NCBI GenBank assembly: GCA_963730185.1 | Contig: CAVSQW010000002.1 | Span: 160,001 to 224,000, forward strand | Reading direction: 5' to 3' | Source: an uncultured Gemmatimonadales bacterium | Lineage (GTDB): Bacteria > Gemmatimonadota > Gemmatimonadetes > Gemmatimonadales > GWC2-71-9 | DNA: 64,000 bases | Shown here: one piece after another, positions 58,693 through 64,000 of the stretch | Numbering within the stretch: the stretch's first letter is position 1 | How the letters are laid out: each line of letters begins with the position of its first letter | The notes under the pieces: model-generated | The model's database searches: none | The model's input: the letters and a program-made list of their open reading frames with translations, nothing else | What the model was told of the DNA's origin: nothing | Translations under genes and position numbers: made by a program

Positions 58693-59322
58693 TTGACCGA
58701 AGCGCGCTTCATCCGGTGGGTGCTCAAGCCGCTGGTCTGGATCGCCTGCCTCGGGCCCCTCGCCTGGCTGGTGCGGGGTTTCTTCACCGGCGATCTCGGC
58801 GCCGATCCGGTCAAGACCCTGACCCACACCACGGGCCTCTCGGCTCTGGTGATTCTGCTCTGCACCTTGGCGGTCACCCCGATCCGGCGGGTTACCCGCT
58901 GGAACGGGATCGTCAAGCTCCGCCGGCTCTCGGGCAACTTCGCGTTCTTCTACGCCCTGATCCACTTTCTGATCTACGCAGTCTTCGATCATCGGCTCTC
59001 GGTGACCGAGATCAGCGAAGACATCGGGAAACACCCCTGGGTGCTGGTCGGCTTCAGCGCCTTCGTGATCCTCACGGTGCTGGCGGCCACCTCGCCCCGG
59101 GCCGCCGTCCGGAAGCTCGGCCAGCGCTGGCAGAAGCTCCATCGCCTGGTCTATGCGGCCGCCGTGCTCGCCGTGCTCCACTTCCTCTGGCTGGTGAAGA
59201 AGGACACCACCGAGCCCCTGACCTACGGCGCCATCCTGGCCGTGCTGCTGGCCTTCCGCCTCCTTCCTTGGGCTGCGCGGCGGAGGGCGGCGACGCCGCG
59301 GGTAGTGAGTAGTGACTCGTGA
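58693..59322 (+). CDS. msrQ: Methionine sulfoxide reductase heme subunit
   Basis: LGADPV...H.TG, LAVTP, RR..G..AFFYA.IH, WQKLHRLVY...H..W. Confidence 0.93.
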   Translation: MTEARFIRWVLKPLVWIACLGPLAWLVRGFFTGDLGADPVKTLTHTTGLSALVILLCTLAVTPIRRVTRWNGIVKLRRLSGNFAFFYALIHFLIYAVFDHRLSVTEISEDIGKHPWVLVGFSAFVILTVLAATSPRAAVRKLGQRWQKLHRLVYAAAVLAVLHFLWLVKKDTTEPLTYGAILAVLLAFRLLPWAARRRAATPRVVSSDS

Positions 59323-59439
59323 GTAGGGAGTGAGTCGTGAGTCGGGAGTAGGGCCCAACCGACTCCCCAATCACTCCCCTACTCCCAACTCCCAGCTCAC
59401 TCCCTACTCCCTACTCCCAACTCACGAGTCACTACTCAC
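59305..59439. repeat. 7-mer tandem-repeat palindrome, family C
   Basis: Perfect 20-bp terminal inverted repeat GTGAGTAGTGACTCGTGAGT / ACTCACGAGTCACTACTCAC, G(T/G)GAGT(A/C) units, contains the msrQ stop. Confidence 0.9.
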
Positions 59440-59494
59440 GCCAACGAGCAAAGCTTGCTTCGCTCGTTGGCACGGGCTAGCTTCCCCGCCCGGC

Positions 59495-60031
59495 ATGCCG
59501 ATTACCCGCCGGATCCTCGATGAACGAGCCATGGGCCGTGCGCTTCTGCGCATGGCCACCGAGATTGTGGAGCGCTGTCAGGGCACCGACGGACTCCTCC
59601 TCGTGGGCATTCAGCGCCGCGGGGTGGAGCTCGCCTCGCGGCTCGCGAAGCTGATCGAGCGGACCGAAGGCCGGGCCATCCCCCTCGGGAAGCTGGACAT
59701 CACCCTCTATCGCGACGACCTCCAGTCGATCGGGCCCCGGCCCGTCGTGGGGGAGACCGATTTGCCCCGCGAGCTCGAGGGCCGCACCGTCGTGATCGTC
59801 GACGACGTGCTCTACACCGGCCGCACCATTCGCGCGGCGCTCGACGAGCTGGCCGATTTCGGCCGGCCCCGACGGATCCTCCTCTGCGTTCTCGTCGACC
59901 GGGGCGGGCGCGAACTGCCCATCCATCCCGACATCGTGGGCCTCACCCAGAGCACCGTCGCCGGCGAGCGGGTCGACGTGATGGTTCGGGAGCGCGACGG
60001 CGAGGACGGCGTGGATCTGGTGACCCCGTGA
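59495..60031 (+). CDS. pyrR: PyrR regulator/UPRTase
   Basis: [41 protein letters not shown]. Confidence 0.95.
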   Translation: MPITRRILDERAMGRALLRMATEIVERCQGTDGLLLVGIQRRGVELASRLAKLIERTEGRAIPLGKLDITLYRDDLQSIGPRPVVGETDLPRELEGRTVVIVDDVLYTGRTIRAALDELADFGRPRRILLCVLVDRGGRELPIHPDIVGLTQSTVAGERVDVMVRERDGEDGVDLVTP

Positions 60032-60996
60032 CGGCTCCGCGGATGGCGCCGCTCGGCAAGGACCTGATCGGGCTCGAGGAGCTGAGCGCCGACCAGATCC
60101 GGCTCATCCTCGACACCGCGGAACCCTTCAAAGAGGTCAGCGAGCGGTCGATCAAGAAGGTGCCGGCCCTCCGGGGAAAGACGATCGTCAACCTCTTCTT
60201 CGAGGCCTCCACCCGGACCCGGATCTCCTTCGAGTTCGCCGAGAAGCGACTGTCCGCCGACACCGTGAACGTGGCGGCCCAGGGCAGCTCGGTCGCCAAG
60301 GGCGAGACCCTGGTGGACACCGCCCGGAACCTGGAGGCGATGCGGATCGACATGGTCGTGATCCGCCACTCGGCCAGCGGCGCGGCCCGGTTCCTCGGCG
60401 AGCGGATCCGATCCAACGTCATCAATGCCGGGGACGGGAAGCACGAGCATCCGACCCAGGGCCTCCTCGACCTCCTCACCCTCCGCGACAAATTCGGGAA
60501 GATCGAGGGACTCAAGGTGGCCATCTGCGGCGACGTGCTCCACAGCCGGGTCGCCCGGAGCAACGTCTGGGGGCTGCTCAAGCTGGGCGCCGAGGTAGCC
60601 GTGTGCGGCCCGCCGACCCTGCTGCCCAAGGGGCTCGAGAGCCTGGGCGTGACCGTGCTCCATCACATCGAGGACGCCATCGCCTGGGCCGACGCCCTGA
60701 ACGTGCTCCGGCTCCAGTTGGAGCGGATGCAGGGCGGGTTCGTCCCCTCGCTCCGGGAGTACAACCGGATCTTCGGGGTGACCCGGGAGCGGCTCGAGCG
60801 GGCCCCGCACGACCTGGTGATCCTCCACCCCGGGCCGATGAACCGGGGGGTCGAGATCGACAGCGACGTGGCCGACGGACCCCACAGCCTGATTCTTCCC
60901 CAGGTGACCAACGGCGTGGCCGTGCGGATGGCGGCGCTCTACCTCCTCGCAGGCGGCTCGCCCGAGTGGCGGGCGCAACCCACGGACGAGCGATGA
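60028..60996 (+). CDS. pyrB: Aspartate carbamoyltransferase
   Basis: [36 protein letters not shown]. Confidence 0.97.
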   Translation: MTAPRMAPLGKDLIGLEELSADQIRLILDTAEPFKEVSERSIKKVPALRGKTIVNLFFEASTRTRISFEFAEKRLSADTVNVAAQGSSVAKGETLVDTARNLEAMRIDMVVIRHSASGAARFLGERIRSNVINAGDGKHEHPTQGLLDLLTLRDKFGKIEGLKVAICGDVLHSRVARSNVWGLLKLGAEVAVCGPPTLLPKGLESLGVTVLHHIEDAIAWADALNVLRLQLERMQGGFVPSLREYNRIFGVTRERLERAPHDLVILHPGPMNRGVEIDSDVADGPHSLILPQVTNGVAVRMAALYLLAGGSPEWRAQPTDER

Positions 60997-62294
60997 ACCC
61001 TCTTCTGATCGCCGGCGGCCGGGTGATCGACCCCTCCCGCCAGACCGACGGGGTCGCCGACCTGCTGATCGTCGACGGCAAGATCGAAGCGGTGGGCCGG
61101 AACATTCCCACCCCCGAGGGCGCTCGGCGGATCGATGCCGCGGGGAAGGTGGTCTGCCCCGGGCTGATCGACGTCCACGTCCACCTCCGGGAGCCGGGCC
61201 AGGAGCACATGGAGACGATCGCGACCGGGGCCCGGGCCGCGGTCGGCGGCGGCTTCACGGCCGTGTGCGCGATGCCCAACACCGATCCGGTGATCGACAA
61301 CCAGGCGGCGGTGGGGTTCGTGGTCCGCCAGGCGATCCGGGCCGGGATGGCCCGGGTCTACCCGATCGGATGCATCTCGCTGGGCCAGAAGGGACAGCAG
61401 CTGGCGGAGTTCGGCGAGATGGTCGGGGCGGGAGCCGTCGCCGTGAGCGACGACGGGCACCCCGTGGTGTCGAGCCAGCTGATGCGGACGGCCCTCGAGT
61501 ACGCCCAGGTGTTCGGGATCCCGGTGGCCGATCACTGCGAGGATCCCACCCTGTCCGAGGGCGGGGCGATGCACGAGGGGGTGGTGTCTACCCGGCTCGG
61601 ACTCAAGGGGATCCCGTCGGCGGCCGAGGAGATCATGGTGGCCCGGGACATCATCCTGAGCGAGTTGACGGGCGGCCATATTCACCTCTGTCACATGTCC
61701 ACACGGGGCTCAGTCGATTTGATCAGGTGGGCCAAGGACAAAGGGTTACGGGTCACTGCCGAGGCCACGCCGCATCACTTCGCCCTCACCCACGACCGCT
61801 GTGAGGGCTACGACACCAACGCCAAGATGAACCCCCCGCTCCGGGAGGCGGAGGACCGCGAGGCGATCCGGGAGGCGCTTCGGGACGGCACGATCGACGT
61901 GATCGCGACCGACCACGCGCCCCACCACTACGACACCAAGCAGCGGGAGTTCGACGACGCCCCGAACGGGATCGTGGGCCTGGAGACCGCGTTCGGGATC
62001 GGGATGCGGGAGCTGGTGGGCGCGGGGTACGTCTCGCTGCCCGATTTGATCGCCCGGATGAGCAGCATTCCGGCCCGGATCTTCAAGCTGCCGGGCGGCA
62101 CGCTGGCGGTCGGGGCACCGGCCGACGTGGCCGTTTTCGACCCGGAAGTGTCGTGGGTGGTTCGGGCCGAAGAATTGCGGTCGAAGAGCGCGAACAGCCC
62201 GTTTCTGGGGGAGACTCTGGTGGGACGGGCCGATTTGACCGTGGTCGGGGGACGGCTGGTATTCGAGCGAGGTGTCGAGAATCCCGACGCCTAG
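60993..62294 (+). CDS. pyrC: Dihydroorotase
   Basis: [32 protein letters not shown] overlap. Confidence 0.96.
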   Translation: MNPLLIAGGRVIDPSRQTDGVADLLIVDGKIEAVGRNIPTPEGARRIDAAGKVVCPGLIDVHVHLREPGQEHMETIATGARAAVGGGFTAVCAMPNTDPVIDNQAAVGFVVRQAIRAGMARVYPIGCISLGQKGQQLAEFGEMVGAGAVAVSDDGHPVVSSQLMRTALEYAQVFGIPVADHCEDPTLSEGGAMHEGVVSTRLGLKGIPSAAEEIMVARDIILSELTGGHIHLCHMSTRGSVDLIRWAKDKGLRVTAEATPHHFALTHDRCEGYDTNAKMNPPLREAEDREAIREALRDGTIDVIATDHAPHHYDTKQREFDDAPNGIVGLETAFGIGMRELVGAGYVSLPDLIARMSSIPARIFKLPGGTLAVGAPADVAVFDPEVSWVVRAEELRSKSANSPFLGETLVGRADLTVVGGRLVFERGVENPDA

Positions 62295-62374
62295 CTTTCT
62301 AACGTGTTTCGGGATCGAATTTTCGGCCTTATCTTCCCCAAGATGAGCCTCGCGTACGCTGGTGGAGCCCTGCA

Positions 62375-63334
62375 ATGACCGAAATCGCGCAACAGGATCT
62401 GTCGGAAGTCGAATCCCTGCTGGCCTCCCGCCAGCGGCTGAGCGACTGGCTCGACAAACTCGAGGCCGCCGGGTCGAAGACCCCGGCGTCCGTCCGAGAG
62501 CGGGTCCGGTCGGACTATCAGGGCCGGCTGGCCCAGGTGGTGGAGCAGCTCCGCGGGCATTCCGACGTCATCACCAACAGTTTGCAAGGTCTCCGGGCCC
62601 ACTCGGGCGAGTACGAGGAGCTGCGCAACGAGGAGGTGGAGACCCTGGCCGAGGCCGAGCTTCGGTACAGCGTCGGCGAGTACAGCGACGAGGAGTGGAA
62701 GACGGTCGAGGACGACAGTACCGGGAAGATCAGTGGCTTGGACGAGGAGCTCGCCCGGCTGGCCGGTGAGATCGATCGGCTGGAGGAGGTGCTCTCCCAA
62801 ATCGCGCCCCCGCCTGAACCCGCGCCCGCGCCGCCGCCCATGGCCGCGGCACCCGTGCCGGAGCCTGCACCCGCGCCCGCGCCGCCCCCGGTGGCGGCAT
62901 CGGCTCCCGGCCAGCCGCTCAGTCTGGTCCGGGACGAGGAGCAGTCCCACGAGGAAGCCGCCCCGGCCGCGCCCGCCGCGCCGGCAGCCGATCCGCCCGA
63001 GGCTCCCCGGTTCGTGCCGAGGGCGGGGCGCGCTCAGCGGGCGTCGGGCCCGGCCCGGTCAATCCCGTTCCCGGCCGCCCGGGAGCCGATGCCGCCCCGG
63101 GAGCCCGCCCCGTCGTCGTCGGTGGACGAGCTGACCTTTCTCCGCTCGATGACGCTGGAGCCCCGGAACTCGGGGGGGACCACGGCGGCCACCCCGCCCG
63201 CGGCCGCCGAGCCCAAGACGGACCGGCCCAGCCAGACGGTGCCCAAGACCCTCAAGTGCGGCGAGTGTGGAGCGCTGAACCGGCCGACCGAGTGGTACTG
63301 CGAGCGATGCGGGGCGGAGCTGGCGGCGGTCTAG
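62375..63334 (+). CDS. Coiled-coil protein with Pro/Ala linker and C-terminal zinc ribbon
   Basis: Acidic heptad region, low-complexity linker, CGECGALN...WYCERCG, GGAG RBS. Confidence 0.78.
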   Translation: MTEIAQQDLSEVESLLASRQRLSDWLDKLEAAGSKTPASVRERVRSDYQGRLAQVVEQLRGHSDVITNSLQGLRAHSGEYEELRNEEVETLAEAELRYSVGEYSDEEWKTVEDDSTGKISGLDEELARLAGEIDRLEEVLSQIAPPPEPAPAPPPMAAAPVPEPAPAPAPPPVAASAPGQPLSLVRDEEQSHEEAAPAAPAAPAADPPEAPRFVPRAGRAQRASGPARSIPFPAAREPMPPREPAPSSSVDELTFLRSMTLEPRNSGGTTAATPPAAAEPKTDRPSQTVPKTLKCGECGALNRPTEWYCERCGAELAAV

Positions 63335-63353
63335 CGGGTCAGGGCGGAACGCC

Positions 63354-63384
63354 AAGAGGGGGCCCGGGATCGGGGCCCCCTCTT
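63354..63384. terminator. Probable bidirectional terminator
   Basis: 12-bp stem AAGAGGGGGCCC / GGGCCCCCTCTT between convergent genes. Confidence 0.7.
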
Positions 63385-63410
63385 CGTTTCGGTACGAGCC
63401 GACCGTCCGA

Positions 63411-63653
63411 CTACTTGATCTTGTTGAGCCGGCTCTTCTGGCGGGCGGCAGCGTTGGGATGGATGAGCCCCTTCCGGCCGGCCCGGTCGATGACCTTCTC
63501 GGCGTCCTTGAGCGCGGCGGCGCGGCTCTCGGCGTCGGCGGCGGTGCGGACCCTCTTGATGGCGGTCCGGAGTTGGCTCCGCTGGGCCCGATTGCGGACG
63601 GTAGCGGCGGTGGTCTGACGCAGGCGCTTTTTGGCGGACTTGATCTTCGGCAC
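63411..63653 (-). CDS. rpsT: 30S ribosomal protein S20
   Basis: GTG start, PKIKSAKKRLRQ, RSQLRTAIK, KGLIHPNAAARQKSRL. Confidence 0.95.
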   Translation of the reverse strand: MPKIKSAKKRLRQTTAATVRNRAQRSQLRTAIKRVRTAADAESRAAALKDAEKVIDRAGRKGLIHPNAAARQKSRLNKIK

Positions 63654-63708
63654 GAAAGAACTCCCCTGAGATCGATCCGGCCTCCGGCCGGTGGATTCCG
63701 AGCCCACC

Positions 63709-63738
63709 AAGATAGCGTAGGTCTGCTGGCCTCGGCAA
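63709..63738 (-). promoter_or_regulatory. Putative sigma-70 promoter of rpsT
   Basis: TTGCCG-N18-TATCTT. Confidence 0.5.
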
Positions 63739-63842
63739 GTTGCGTTGGCACCGCCCCTTCGCACCGAGGCTCGATGGAGCCATATTCCGGGGAGAACGAG
63801 CGTCCCCGTGTCCTTCTCGAGCAACCGTATCGAGCCTTCGCC

Positions 63843-64000
63843 ATGACCGCAGTTGGTACCGGACCCCTTCCCGATCAGACGCCCGCCCCCGATCAGGCGG
63901 TTCCGGCGGCGGCGCTGGGCGGAGATGGGTTCGTGGTCCAGCTGGAGGCGTTCACCGGCCCGCTCGATCTCCTGCTGCACCTGCTCCGCGAGGAGCAGAT
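63843..64000 (+). CDS. scpA: Segregation and condensation protein A, 5' part
   Basis: FVVQLEAFTGPLDLLLHLLREEQ signature, truncated by the window edge. Confidence 0.85.
   Translation, partial: MTAVGTGPLPDQTPAPDQAVPAAALGGDGFVVQLEAFTGPLDLLLHLLREEQ

Noticed and set aside
59467..59481. TGGCACG sigma-54-like site before pyrR
   Set aside because: GG to GC spacing is 9, not 10, and the site overlaps a hairpin arm.

Overview
High-GC bacterial chromosome segment. Gene content and style suggest Gemmatimonadota (inference). Left core block: cobalamin riboswitch, btuFCD-like ABC transporter, two lipoproteins, recO, selB, clpB, tadA. Then small cassettes separated by palindromic repeat elements. After tRNA-Ser(CGA) comes a ~35 kb accessory-looking stretch with gene fragments, many secreted hydrolases, a frameshifted nagB, a csp gene, katG/Fur, phzF, a CheB-CheR-kinase hybrid, an SBP56-like lipoprotein and an ECF sigma/Ser-Thr kinase pair. 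Right core block: topA, a MASE1 kinase, tRNA-Ser(GGA), msrPQ, pyrR-pyrB-pyrC, rpsT and the start of scpA. The most unusual signal is five ~100-135 bp palindromes built from short tandem repeats, in three families (10-mer, 9-mer with (CAA)n/(TTG)n arms, 7-mer). Four of them sit on gene 3' ends and two same-family pairs bracket two-gene cassettes. No integrase, transposase or CRISPR array was seen. Several single-base indels, including a compensating pair in topA, suggest residual assembly errors. All product calls come from motif recognition, not database searches.
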